A stretch of 64,000 bases of DNA from an uncultured delta proteobacterium. GTDB taxonomy: Bacteria > Desulfobacterota > Syntrophia > Syntrophales > UBA5619. The stretch is taken from contig CAWFOM010000009.1 in assembly GCA_963817385.1 (NCBI GenBank), positions 32,001 to 96,000 of the forward strand, in the 5' to 3' direction. The notes under the pieces are model-generated. The model saw only the letters and a program-made list of their open reading frames with translations. It was not told where the DNA came from and ran no database searches. The position numbers and the translations under genes are program-made. Shown one piece after another: positions 42,668 to 52,526 of this stretch (position 1 is its first letter; each line of letters opens with the position of its first letter).

Positions 42668-43632
42668 CAGAGTTTGATCTCGATATGCGACCTCGTCCGG
42701 AGGGCGTCGAGCCACTCATCGAACTTCTTTTCCACCTTCTCCATATCGATCTTCTCCCGGATCTCCTCCCGGACGGATTCGATGGGCTTGACTCCCGCCC
42801 CCCGGCGGTCGATCACCTGGATGATGTGGAAACCGACGGACGATTCGATAACAACGCTGATCTGACCCAGCGGCAGGCGGAAAGCGACTGCCTCCACCTC
42901 GGGGAGCATCATCCCCTTCTCGATGTAGCCGATGTCGCCGCCCGCAGCCGCGGCCGGTCCCTGGGAATATCGCGCGGAGATCAACTCGAACGGCTCACCA
43001 TCCAGCAGACGTTTGTGGATCGCCCCGGCATCCGCCCGAAGTTTCTCCTTCGCATCGTCAGAGGCTTCCTTCGGCAGGACCAGGAGGATCTGTTTGATCC
43101 GGACTGCCTCCTTTCCCTCATAATCCCCACGGTTCTTGCGGTAATACTCCCCGATCTCCTCGCTACTGACCGCCACCTTGGATTTGATCTCCTTCTGGAC
43201 CAAACGGATCCGCACAAGCTGATCCCTGACCCCTTTCCTGTAGACTTCCAGGGTGGTTCCCTCCCGAGCTATGGCCTGCCGGAAATCGTCCTGGGAGATG
43301 TTCCTCCTCCCCAATAGTTCGTTGATCGCCCCGGTTACTTCCTCATCCTTAACGACGATCCCGGCCTTCCGGGATTGCTGCTCCATGAGGAGATTATCAA
43401 CCATCCGGTTCAGGAGGGTCAGTTTGGTTTCGGTCAGGGCCTTTTCCCGCTCCGCTCCCTTATAGGCCGCCTCCAGTTTGGCCTGATAGGGTTCAAAGGC
43501 GCTGTTCAATTCGGACAGCGTGATCACCTCATCGTTGACGATGGCCACAATCCTGTCCGCCACCCCGGCCTGCGCCGGCACGTATAGGAAAAGAAACGCC
43601 ACTCCCGCCAGAACCGCTCGGAAAATCTTCAT
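42667..43632 (-). CDS. SurA-like periplasmic peptidyl-prolyl isomerase
   Basis: [13 protein letters not shown]urA N-terminus; parvulin GGDIG...GFHII. Confidence 0.85.
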   Translation of the reverse strand: MKIFRAVLAGVAFLFLYVPAQAGVADRIVAIVNDEVITLSELNSAFEPYQAKLEAAYKGAEREKALTETKLTLLNRMVDNLLMEQQSRKAGIVVKDEEVTGAINELLGRRNISQDDFRQAIAREGTTLEVYRKGVRDQLVRIRLVQKEIKSKVAVSSEEIGEYYRKNRGDYEGKEAVRIKQILLVLPKEASDDAKEKLRADAGAIHKRLLDGEPFELISARYSQGPAAAAGGDIGYIEKGMMLPEVEAVAFRLPLGQISVVIESSVGFHIIQVIDRRGAGVKPIESVREEIREKIDMEKVEKKFDEWLDALRTRSHIEIKL

Positions 43633-43715
43633 TTTCTGCTCCTCAAAATCTTGATGTTCCCATAAAAAGTCGATACAACTTCCACACCACCAACCGGGTG
43701 TTGAAGAACAGCCCG

Positions 43716-44780
43716 CTAATGTCTCCCCGTTCGCGCCGACGGACTACCCGTCTTCGTCTCCGGTTGCGCCGGCACAGGGCCATCCGGCAGGGGCCGGTTG
43801 ACACGAATCTCGGCCTTCGCCTTTAATCCTTCGATCCAGCGCTCGTAAGCTTCCGCCTCCTTGAGTTTCCTGAGATCGGCGATCACCCGTCCCTTTGCGT
43901 CAGCAAGCTTCCGCCCGCCGCTCTCCTCCTTGGCGAGGACCTTGAAGATGTGGAAGCCGTAAGGGCTCTGGACTACGTTGCTCACCTTCCCGACCGGCAG
44001 GGAAAAGACGATCCGGTCGATCTCCTCGGGCATGACCCCCCGTTCGAAGAAACCGAGATCGCCGCCCCTCGCCGCCTCCGGACCGATGGACACTTCCCGC
44101 GCCACCTTATCAAAATCCTCCCCCGCCTTCAATCTTTTCAGGGCCCTTTCCGCCAAATCCCGGTCGCGCACGACGATCTGGAGCGCGCGTATGCGCCTCT
44201 CCGAGGCGTAGAGTCTGCGGTTGGCCTTGAAATAGAGTTCCGCCTCGCCGTCCGTCACCTGGATTTTTCTATTCACATCCAGGGCAATAACCTTCTCGAA
44301 AAGCATCCGTTGCCGCAGCGCCTCCTTCCAGGCGGGATAACTGATTCCGCGATTGCCGAACAGAGCATTGAAACTGTCATCAGCGTAATCCTTTCTGATC
44401 TCCTCAATTCGCGCTTCGAGCTCATCTGCACTGATGTTCAGCAAAAGCTCCCGGGCGCGCTGCAGCATGATCCTCTCTTCGATGAGATGACCCAGAACCT
44501 CCTCCTTCAGACGCGCCCTTTGCTCCGCCTTCAGGGGCTCATCACTCTTGGCGAGGGCCGCCTCCTCCGCCAACTTCCTGAGAAACTCCGGACGGTCGAT
44601 CCGCTCGCCGTTGACCGTTGCTACCGGATCTTCCGGGGGCGGTGGCGGTTCCTGGCTCCGGCAGGCCGCCAGCGCCATCACGAGGAATGCCAAAAACAGC
44701 AATCCGCCGGGACGGCTTCGTATCGGCCGATTCCTGGGGCCTTCGCCTTGTCTCTGCTCAAGTGTCTGCGTGTCTGTCAC
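43716..44780 (-). CDS. PpiC-type peptidyl-prolyl isomerase (probable lipoprotein)
   Basis: LAAC lipobox, VATVNG, GGDLG, SPYGFHIF. Confidence 0.85.
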   Translation of the reverse strand: MTDTQTLEQRQGEGPRNRPIRSRPGGLLFLAFLVMALAACRSQEPPPPPEDPVATVNGERIDRPEFLRKLAEEAALAKSDEPLKAEQRARLKEEVLGHLIEERIMLQRARELLLNISADELEARIEEIRKDYADDSFNALFGNRGISYPAWKEALRQRMLFEKVIALDVNRKIQVTDGEAELYFKANRRLYASERRIRALQIVVRDRDLAERALKRLKAGEDFDKVAREVSIGPEAARGGDLGFFERGVMPEEIDRIVFSLPVGKVSNVVQSPYGFHIFKVLAKEESGGRKLADAKGRVIADLRKLKEAEAYERWIEGLKAKAEIRVNRPLPDGPVPAQPETKTGSPSARTGRH

Positions 44781-44794
44781 CGATTTCTCTCCTC

Positions 44795-47700
44795 CTATCG
44801 CAACTCCCTAAGCAGCTCCCGCGCCCGGTTCAGGATCTCCGTTCCCGTAAGATCCGGCATCGGAATGGTCAGTTTCAGATCCGGCGTAAGCTGCACGCCC
44901 CGCACCTTCCGCCGGTAGAGCTCGATGATCCGGCCGGGATCGACCGGGCTTTTCTCCTGGAGAAATACCGACATCGCCTTGCCGTCGTAGCCCATCTTCT
45001 TCCCCTTGAGGGTCTTCAGGAGATTGCGGATGCCGATAACCGCCAGGAGGTTCTCCACTTCGCGGGGGACGAGGCCGTAGCAGTCCAAAAGCTCCGCCCG
45101 GATCTCGGCGAGCTCCTCGTCGGTCGCGGCCAGCGAGACCTTCTTGTAGGTCACCAGGCGCTGGTGCTCGTCGGCCATGTAGGTCTCGGGGATGAAGGCC
45201 GGAACCCCGAGGTGGATCTCCGGCTTGATCTCCTCCTCTTCGGCCGGCTCCCCTTTGATCTCCCGGATCGCCTTTTCCATGAGCTCCGTGTAGAGCTCGT
45301 AGCCGACGGCGGAGACATGGCCGGACTGGGAGGCCCCCAGGAGATTCCCCGCCCCCCGGATCTCCAGGTCGTTGGAGGCGATCCGGAAACCGGAGCCGGG
45401 TTCGGTGAAATCCATGATCACCTGGAGACGCTTCTGGGCGTCACGCGAGAGCATCGCCCCCTTCGGCACGAGGAGGTAGGCGAAAGCCTCCTCCTTCGAG
45501 CGTCCCACCCGTCCCCGGATCTGGTAGAGCTGGGCAAGGCCGAAGCGGTCCGCCCGGTTGATGATGATCGTGTTGGCCGTAGGGATGTCGAGGCCGGAAC
45601 CGATGATCGTCGTGCTGACCAGGACATTGTCCTCCCGCCGGACGAATCTCGCCATCGCCCCCTCGATCTCCTTCGGCGTCATCTGTCCGTGGACCACGCC
45701 CACCTGCGCCTCGGGGACGAGTTTCTGGACGAGACGGGCCATCGTGAAGATCGACCGGACGCGGTCGTGGAGGAAGAAGACCTGCCCGTTTCTCGCAAGT
45801 TCCTGCCGGATAGCGTCGGCGATCACCTCCTCGTTGAATTCCAGGACATGGGTCTTCACCGGCAGCCGGTTCTCCGGCGCGGTGTTGATGATGGACAGAT
45901 CCCGGATCCCGACGAGCGACAGGTGCAGTGTCCGGGGAATGGGCGTCGCCGTCAGGGTCAGAACATCCACCAAGGTTCTGAGTTTCTTGAGTTTCTCCTT
46001 GTGGCTGACGCCGAAGCGCTGCTCCTCGTCGATGATCACCAGCCCGAGATTCCGGAAGGCCACGTCCTTCTGGAGGAGGCGGTGGGTGCCGATCACGATG
46101 TCCACCGTCCCCCGTTCGAGGCCTTCGAGGATCTCCTTCTGCTCGGCCTTCGTCCGGAAGCGGTTGAGGACCTCGACCCGGATCGGGTAGGGCTTGAGCC
46201 TTCGGGAAAAGGTCTGGTGGTGCTGCTCTGCCAGGATCGTCGTGGGGACGAGGAGCGCCACCTGCTTCCCGTCGAGCGCGGCCCGAAGCGAGGCGCGCAT
46301 CGCCACCTCGGTCTTCCCGAACCCCGCGTCGCCGCAGATCAGGCGGTCCATCGGCTTGCCGCCGCTCATGTCGAGGTGGATCTCCTCGATCGCCTTCGCC
46401 TGGTCCGGCGTCTCCTCGAATTCGAACGAGGCGCAGAACTCCTCGTAGATCCGATCGGGTGCGGAGAAGGCCTCGCGCCCCATCACCTCGCGGGCGGCGT
46501 AGATCGAGACCAGCTCCTCCGCCATCTCCCGGACCGATTTCATCACCCGTTCCTTCACGGTCTCCCAGGAGGTCCCGCCGAGCTTGTCGATCTTCGGGGC
46601 AAAGCCGTCCGGACCGATATACCGCTGAATCTGGTCGAGACGGTCCACGGGGAGATAGAGACGGTCCTGATCCTGATACCCGATGAGGAGAAAGTCGTTT
46701 ACGATCCCGCCGACGGTGAGCTTCTGGAGCCCCTGGTACCGCCCGATGCCGTGTTCGGTATGGACGACGAAATCACCCTCGGCAAGCTCTCCGAACGACT
46801 TGAGGAAATACCCCTCCCGGACCGGCCGGACCCGCCGTCGGAGAACCTTTTTTCCGAAGATCTCTTCTTCGGAGAGGAGGACGAGGTTCAGGCCGGGAAG
46901 GTGAAATCCGCCGCTGATCCGCCCTTCCCGGAGGTAAAGACCCGCCGCGGCGCCCTCTTCATCGATCCCGTCAAGGAGAGCGCCTGCCGCCTTCCGGGCG
47001 GGGAGGTCGTATTGCGCGAGAAGATGACCCATTCTCTGTATGCACTCCTGCCCGCCGCAGACAAAGGTCACCCGGCTCCCCTCCCCGATCCATCCCCGGA
47101 TTCTCTCCGCAAGCGGCCGGAGGAGACCGTCCTCTTCGGCCGCCGCCGGGACCGCCCCGTCGGCGGCGATTGCCCGCTCCTGGTGAAACCGGACGGGCTG
47201 AGACGCATCATCTCCGGCGCCGAGGGTGAGGGTCTCCAGATGGATCTGTCTCTTCTCCCGCCAGAGCCCCGGGACCTCCCCCGCACTCAGGTAGGCGGAC
47301 TCCTTCTCCAGATGGAACCGCTCCGCATCGCGCGCCTTGAGGAGGAAACGGTCGAGGTCATTCTCGGTCTTCTCCAGCTCCTGCCCGATGGCCGGCGGAT
47401 CATCCAGGATGAGGAGACCGGCCGTCGGGAGATAGTCGAAAAGCGTGTCCATCCCCCGGGCGCCGGCATCATCATCGCCCGCGGCATCGTAGAAAAGGGG
47501 ATGGAAGAGTGGGTTGACCGAAGAACCGAGGCCGGTCGCGATCATCTCGGCCAGCTTCTCCTTTGTCCCGCGGGGAAGCTCCAACTGATTGGATCGGCTG
47601 CGGATGTTGCGCACGGCCCTTTTCCGCCGCTCGGCGGTGAGGATCACCTCCCGGGCCGGGAAGAGCATGAATTCGGCGAGCTCGTTTATGGAGCGCTGGG

Positions 47701-48337
47701 AGCCCTCATCGAATTCACGGATCGATTCGAGCTCGTCGCCGAAAAACTCCAGGCGGAGCGGATGGCGGGACATCGGAGGAAAGAGATCGACCACATTCCC
47801 GCGGACGCTGAACTCCCCGCGGCCCTCCACAAGCGTCACCCGTCCGTATCCCCCCTCGATCAGCTTGCGGGCCAGTTCGTCGCGCTCCCGCGAATCGCCC
47901 ACGGATATCCACTCCACATACCCCTCGAGGACCTCCCGCGGAGTAACTTTCTGCACGAGGGCGCGGGCGGAGATCACCACGACGGCCGGCTCGCCGTACA
48001 CCAGGCGGTGGAGAACCTCCAGCCGGGCAAGCTCCGTCTCCCGCTGGAAAGCGAACATGTCCGTGGTCAGAAGATCCCAGGAGGGATACAGAAAGGTCTG
48101 TTCATCGCCGAGGAAAAAGGAGAGATCCCGAAAAGAGACCCCGGCCTCTTTTTCCGTCGGGACGATCACGATGAGCGGCCGGTGCAGATGGCGAAACAGG
48201 AGGGCGGGAAGGAAGGCCCGGGCCGCCCCCTCCAGACCGCCGACCGCGATCCGGTCCTCTCCTCGGGCGATCCTCTCCAGCAGTTCCCGGAGGGCGGGAT
48301 CGCCCGGTTTCTTCATGATCTCGACAATCTTTCTCAC
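44795..48337 (-). CDS. mfd: Transcription-repair coupling factor
   Basis: UvrB-like N-terminus, CarD/RID domain, GFGKT, DEEQRFG, TATPIPRT, QIRGRVGR, TRCF tail. Confidence 0.97.
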   Translation of the reverse strand: MRKIVEIMKKPGDPALRELLERIARGEDRIAVGGLEGAARAFLPALLFRHLHRPLIVIVPTEKEAGVSFRDLSFFLGDEQTFLYPSWDLLTTDMFAFQRETELARLEVLHRLVYGEPAVVVISARALVQKVTPREVLEGYVEWISVGDSRERDELARKLIEGGYGRVTLVEGRGEFSVRGNVVDLFPPMSRHPLRLEFFGDELESIREFDEGSQRSINELAEFMLFPAREVILTAERRKRAVRNIRSRSNQLELPRGTKEKLAEMIATGLGSSVNPLFHPLFYDAAGDDDAGARGMDTLFDYLPTAGLLILDDPPAIGQELEKTENDLDRFLLKARDAERFHLEKESAYLSAGEVPGLWREKRQIHLETLTLGAGDDASQPVRFHQERAIAADGAVPAAAEEDGLLRPLAERIRGWIGEGSRVTFVCGGQECIQRMGHLLAQYDLPARKAAGALLDGIDEEGAAAGLYLREGRISGGFHLPGLNLVLLSEEEIFGKKVLRRRVRPVREGYFLKSFGELAEGDFVVHTEHGIGRYQGLQKLTVGGIVNDFLLIGYQDQDRLYLPVDRLDQIQRYIGPDGFAPKIDKLGGTSWETVKERVMKSVREMAEELVSIYAAREVMGREAFSAPDRIYEEFCASFEFEETPDQAKAIEEIHLDMSGGKPMDRLICGDAGFGKTEVAMRASLRAALDGKQVALLVPTTILAEQHHQTFSRRLKPYPIRVEVLNRFRTKAEQKEILEGLERGTVDIVIGTHRLLQKDVAFRNLGLVIIDEEQRFGVSHKEKLKKLRTLVDVLTLTATPIPRTLHLSLVGIRDLSIINTAPENRLPVKTHVLEFNEEVIADAIRQELARNGQVFFLHDRVRSIFTMARLVQKLVPEAQVGVVHGQMTPKEIEGAMARFVRREDNVLVSTTIIGSGLDIPTANTIIINRADRFGLAQLYQIRGRVGRSKEEAFAYLLVPKGAMLSRDAQKRLQVIMDFTEPGSGFRIASNDLEIRGAGNLLGASQSGHVSAVGYELYTELMEKAIREIKGEPAEEEEIKPEIHLGVPAFIPETYMADEHQRLVTYKKVSLAATDEELAEIRAELLDCYGLVPREVENLLAVIGIRNLLKTLKGKKMGYDGKAMSVFLQEKSPVDPGRIIELYRRKVRGVQLTPDLKLTIPMPDLTGTEILNRARELLRELR

Positions 48338-48604
48338 AACACCATCCTACGCCGAAAAACCACCCGGAGACGGAACAACATCCGATATGCCCCCGCTACG
48401 CAAATACCGAAGCGCGGGTACGCAAAGCTGTCTTCCGGCTAAATAGTGTTAGTTATCGTATCGGTCCCATTTATTCAAGCAATAAGACGTGACCCTCCCA
48501 ACCCCGCGATCCTATTCCTCCGTACCGTCGCCCGCTTCTCCATTGACACGGAAGACCATTATACGATAGCGTCCTTTCGGATGAAAGGATCACGGGTGAA
48601 GGTC

Positions 48605-49846
48605 ATGATCAGCGTCGAAGAGGCCCGAAACAAGATACTGGATGCATTCTCCCCGCTGGGCTTGGAGAAGGTGAACATCCTCGATGCCCTCGGCCGGGTG
48701 ATCGGCGAGGATGTTTATGCCGGGCGCGCGATCCCGCCGAAGGACAACTCGGCGATGGACGGCTACGCCCTTCGCGCGGAGGATACCCGCGGGGCGTCCG
48801 CGGAATCGCCCGTCCGTCTTGCTGTTGTCGAGGACATCCCCGCCGGGGCCATTCCCCGCAAGCGGATCGGACCGGGAGAAGCCGCCCGGATCATGACCGG
48901 CGCGCCGATTCCGGAAGGCGCCGACGCGGTCGTCCGGATGGAGGATACCCGGAAGGAGGCTGCCCGGGTCACGATCGTCGTCGAGGCACAAAAAGGCCAG
49001 GATATCCGGAACGCGGGAGAAGACGTGCAGCTGCGGGGAAAAGGTGATCTCCCGGGGAGAGATCATCCGGCCGGCCGAGGTGGGGATGCTGGCTTCCCTG
49101 GGGCGTTCCTTCATCTTCGTTCACCAGCGGCCGCTGGTCGCCGTCGTCGCCACCGGCGACGAGCTGGCGGACATCGACGAGCCCCTCTCGGAATGGAAGA
49201 TCATCAGCAGCAACAGCTATTCGCTTGCCGCCCTGGTCCGGGAGTGCGGGGCCGTCCCCCTGCAGATCGGCATCGCCCGGGACCGCCGGGAGGACCTCCT
49301 CGCAAAATTCCACGCCGCCATGCGGGCCGATCTCATCGTCTCATCCGGCGGGGTCTCCGTCGGCGACTACGACCTGGTCAAGGAGATCATGCAGGAGGTG
49401 GGAAACGCCATGCAATTCTGGCAGGTCGCCATGAAGCCGGGACGGCCGCTCGCCTTCGGGACACTGGGAGATGTCCCCGCAGTCGGCCTGCCGGGAAATC
49501 CCGTCTCCTCGATGGTCTCCTTTGAACTGTTCATCCGTCCCGCGATCCTCAAGATGCTGGGACATACAAACCTCTTCCGGAGGACCGTCCGGGCGCGCCT
49601 CGAACGAGGGGATCGAGAAGAAGAGCGGGAATCCGGCATTTCATCCGGGCGCGGATCCGGCGGGAGGGGGAGGGTTACGCGGTCGTCACGACGGGAGATC
49701 AGGGCTCCGGCATCCTGAAATCGATGGTCCGGGCGAACGGCCTCATCGTCCTACCGGAAGAGGCCACCATAGCCCGAGCGGGTGATATGGTCACCGTCCA
49801 GCTTCTCGACGATTCCCTGGAGCGGACGTCGACGCCGGGGTTTTAA
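48605..49846 (+). CDS. moeA: Molybdopterin molybdenumtransferase MoeA with three +1 frameshifts (assembly error or pseudogene)
   Basis: NSAMDGYA, IMTGAP / TGDEL, SGGVSVGDYD, KPGRP, GLPGNP / EGIEKKSG / RHFIRA...QGSGILKSM..ANG. Frame changes at about 49033, 49606 and 49630. Confidence 0.85.
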
Positions 49847-49888
49847 GCGGTTCTTCCCTTACAACACGGGCTGTGCTATAAGGATCGC

Positions 49889-49986
49889 GGAAGTGCCAAG
49901 GTCACTGGTGGGCCTCCCGGACTTCAAATCCGGAGTGGGGGGCTAGTACCCTCCCAGGTGGGTTCGATTCCCATGCACTTCCGCCA
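49889..49986 (+). tRNA. selC: tRNA-Sec (anticodon UCA)
   Basis: 8-bp acceptor stem GGAAGTGC/GCACTTCC, anticodon arm CCGGA-CTTCAAA-TCCGG, long variable arm, GGTTCGATTCC, encoded CCA; 98 nt. Confidence 0.96.
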
Positions 49987-50005
49987 TTTAATTTCAAGCA
50001 CTTAC

Positions 50006-50036
50006 GAAGAGGCCTTTTTTGACGGGGGCCTTTTTG
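50006..50036 (+). terminator. Putative intrinsic terminator after selC
   Basis: AGAGGCCTTTT...GGGGGCCTTT stem with G-U pairs, followed by a T run. Confidence 0.45.
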
Positions 50037-50167
50037 TTTGGCAGTGTCGTAGGGGACGTAGGGGATGATCTGCGCCTTGAGCCAAGCCGGGCGGCCTTGG
50101 TAACGCCGTAGTCGACAGAGCATGTCCAGAGCCCCGCAAAGGTCAGGCGCGCCTATTAGGGAGGCTC

Positions 50168-50425
50168 TTATTTTCTTTTATAGATTTCTTTGCGGTGTCC
50201 GACGCGAAGCAAAACAATGTCGTTGCTCTCAATATCGAAGATCACGCGATAATCACCGATGCGGAAACGGTAGCTTCCGAGTTCCGGGTCGGTCAGACTT
50301 TCGGCGTATTGGAGGGGATTGTCTTTGAAGCGAAGGAGGGTCGCGCCGATGCGCTTTTTGACACCGGCGTCAAGCCTGTCAATATCTCTGACGGCTCTCT
50401 GGGTATATACCAGCCGGTAACTCAA
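50168..50425 (-). CDS. RelE/ParE-family toxin
   Basis: MSYRLVYT.RA.RD...[12 protein letters not shown]...VGHRKEIY. Confidence 0.92.
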   Translation of the reverse strand: MSYRLVYTQRAVRDIDRLDAGVKKRIGATLLRFKDNPLQYAESLTDPELGSYRFRIGDYRVIFDIESNDIVLLRVGHRKEIYKRK

Positions 50426-50622
50426 TGCCCGAATACCTCATCATGGGTCTTAACACGACCAACTTTATAATCTGCCCGGGCATCCTTGATGCTTTCCAGG
50501 TACTCGGGGGAGGTCGTTGCGAGCAGTTCCTCCAGGAAGTCATCTCGGTCTCTTTTGTTCATGGACTTAACGGCGTCAATGATTTCTTGCCGGGATAAAT
50601 TGACTTTGATGGCGTTCAACAT
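50422..50622 (-). CDS. Cognate antitoxin of the RelE toxin
   Basis: 66 aa, overlaps the toxin start, C-terminal [16 protein letters not shown]. Confidence 0.75.
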   Translation of the reverse strand: MLNAIKVNLSRQEIIDAVKSMNKRDRDDFLEELLATTSPEYLESIKDARADYKVGRVKTHDEVFGH

Positions 50623-51369
50623 AGAAAACTCCTTTCCACTTTTCTTCTTTTAAAGGGAAACCAATTTGGAATGATTTTATCATTTTTGGAAATTACCTGC
50701 AAGCATGCTCCGCGATACGAGGACAGGCCGGTTGCGAGAGAACAGGCGGATCGGCGGCACAAAGGAAATGTGAAGTTTTTATCCGGCCTCGCTTCAAGGC
50801 GTCCGAGTATACGAGGAAGCGCCGAGAACGGGAAAGAGGCAGAATGCCGATACACGCTCCCTCCGGCACATTGATCCTTATCAACTCCCCGTACGTCGAC
50901 TTGGAAAACGAGATCGTTTAATCCGGTGAACGAACTGTTGCCAAATACACCATGTTATACCGTGATTATGATCCGATCACTTCTCCTCACTGCGGTTTTC
51001 ATCCGGAGCGCCCGACCGGACGGACTCGACCGGAGGGAAGGGCCGTCCGGCACCCTGGAGTTCGCGTCAGCGGTCTCGAGGGCGAGGGCGCGAAAGAGAG
51101 ACGTGTCTCGTCCGGAGCGAAGCGGAGGGCGAGTCACGGCGACCGTCGAGTCGGGGCGTCACGCAGGTGTCGCTCCGACGAGGAAAGAAAAAAAAGATCG
51201 CCCGCGGCCGCCTGTCTCCGAGGAAGGAGGTGACAGGCGGCTGTCGGGTGCCCGGTATAAGCTAAGGCTACCGAATACCTCTTGACGAATCGAAGATACT
51301 TTGTTTAAAGTCACGTGCATGCGAAAAGAGTGATCCTTAAGAATCTCATTTGATCCAACAGCTTACTAG

Positions 51370-51606
51370 AAGATCGACCCGCAGCCCCTGGCTCAGATTG
51401 CGGACCTGTACGCCCTTTCGGATGTGCAGCGGCTGGGCTACCTGCTGGAGCAACTGGGGGAGAAGCGTCTCGCCGACCCGCTGGCGGAGCGGCTGCAGAG
51501 CCGGCGCTATTGTCCCATCCTCCTCGCACCGGGCCAGGCGAAAGGCGACAGCCCCATCGATCCACGGTGGCGGATCATCCCTAACGAGAAGGTGGAGGTG
51601 GAATAA
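51370..51606 (+). pseudogene. C-terminal fragment of a type IV TA AbiEi-like antitoxin
   Basis: KIDPQPLAQIA...VQRLGYLLE...DPRWRIIPN; in-frame TAG immediately upstream. Confidence 0.65.
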
Positions 51607-51669
51607 CGTACTGCCTCTTTGAATGAAATAGTTCTTGCGCTATTCGCGAATTGCGAATATAAAACGGCC

Positions 51670-52182
51670 ATGAATCTAAAACCCCAGGACATATATATCC
51701 TTTTAAAGCTCGTCGCAATGGGTGAAGACCAGTGGTCTTATGCATCCGTGGCCGGCGATCTGTTCATGAGCGCCTCCGAGGTCCATGCCGGCATTAAGCG
51801 CGCTATTGCCGCACGTCTGATGCATTCGCAAGGCGCACAGCCCCTGAAAAAGTCATTGGAAGAATTTCTCATTCATGGTGTCAAGTATGCGTTCCCACCA
51901 GACCATGGCGGACTGACCCGGGGCGTCCCTACCGGATATGCGGCGCTGCCGCTCAAGGACATCATTTCCCAGCCGAACGAACCACCCCCCGTATGGCCGG
52001 ATCCGGAAGGCGATACCCGCGGTTATGAATTCTCACCTCTGTACAAGACCGTCCCGAAGGCCGCTTTAAAAGACAAGCTGCTCTATGAATTACTGGCGAT
52101 CGTTGACGCCATCCGCGACGGGAGAGCCCGCGAAAGAGACATCGCCATCAAGGAACTCAAGGTGCGATTGGGATCAGGATGA
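51670..52182 (+). CDS. Conserved HTH protein, putative antitoxin partner of a nucleotidyltransferase
   Basis: LKPQDI..LLKL, S.SEVH, EFLIHGVKYAFP, RGVPT, PLY..VP.AA, DAIRDGRARER; ATGA-coupled to the next ORF. Confidence 0.75.
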   Translation: MNLKPQDIYILLKLVAMGEDQWSYASVAGDLFMSASEVHAGIKRAIAARLMHSQGAQPLKKSLEEFLIHGVKYAFPPDHGGLTRGVPTGYAALPLKDIISQPNEPPPVWPDPEGDTRGYEFSPLYKTVPKAALKDKLLYELLAIVDAIRDGRARERDIAIKELKVRLGSG

Positions 52183-52259
52183 TTTATAATAGAGACATCA
52201 ATATTCGGATGATCATCGATGTGGCCAAGCGTCTCGGCGATCTGAGGGACAAGGTCGTT
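52179..52259 (+). pseudogene. Truncated N-terminus of a putative nucleotidyltransferase (AbiEii-like) toxin
   Basis: NIRMIIDVAKRLGDLRDKVV stops resembling the family where FVGG would be expected. Confidence 0.55.
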
Positions 52260-52494
52260 GGATCTTCTCCGCCGGATCGAGCTGGGATGGGATTCCCGGC
52301 TGTGGTTTTATCTCCGGCAGTTCCGGTGCCTCATACGCCAAGGACAGATGGTTTTCCGGATCTCGATGCGGATTCGGTCGCGACGGGTCGGTAATCCCCA
52401 ACCTCGCCTTCAGGATCTCGTTCTCTTCCCTTAAAGCGCTGTTTTCGGCAAGCAATGCCCGGTATTTTTCACGCAAGCCGTTATCAATCTCCAC
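52260..52494 (-). pseudogene. Truncated N-terminus of a TOTE-type primase/helicase-like conflict protein
   Basis: Coiled coil EKYRALLAENSALREENEILKARLG ... DPAEKI breaks off where LF..LF.GR.D would follow (family recalled, not searched). Confidence 0.5.
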
Positions 52495-52526
52495 AGACCA
52501 GCCTTTTGAGTTGTTTTAAAAGCACT

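Noticed and set aside
44618..48442. 1274-aa plus-strand ORF (likewise 17850-20501, 1477-3282, 36261-37616 and others)
   Set aside because: Antisense shadows of well-supported genes (mfd, glgP, ilvD, queG-like), expected in high-GC DNA; no recognisable motifs.
50640..50960. Short ORFs upstream of the RelE antitoxin as integrase or excisionase remnants
   Set aside because: No tyrosine-recombinase (R-H-R-Y) or HTH excisionase pattern recognised in the frames examined.
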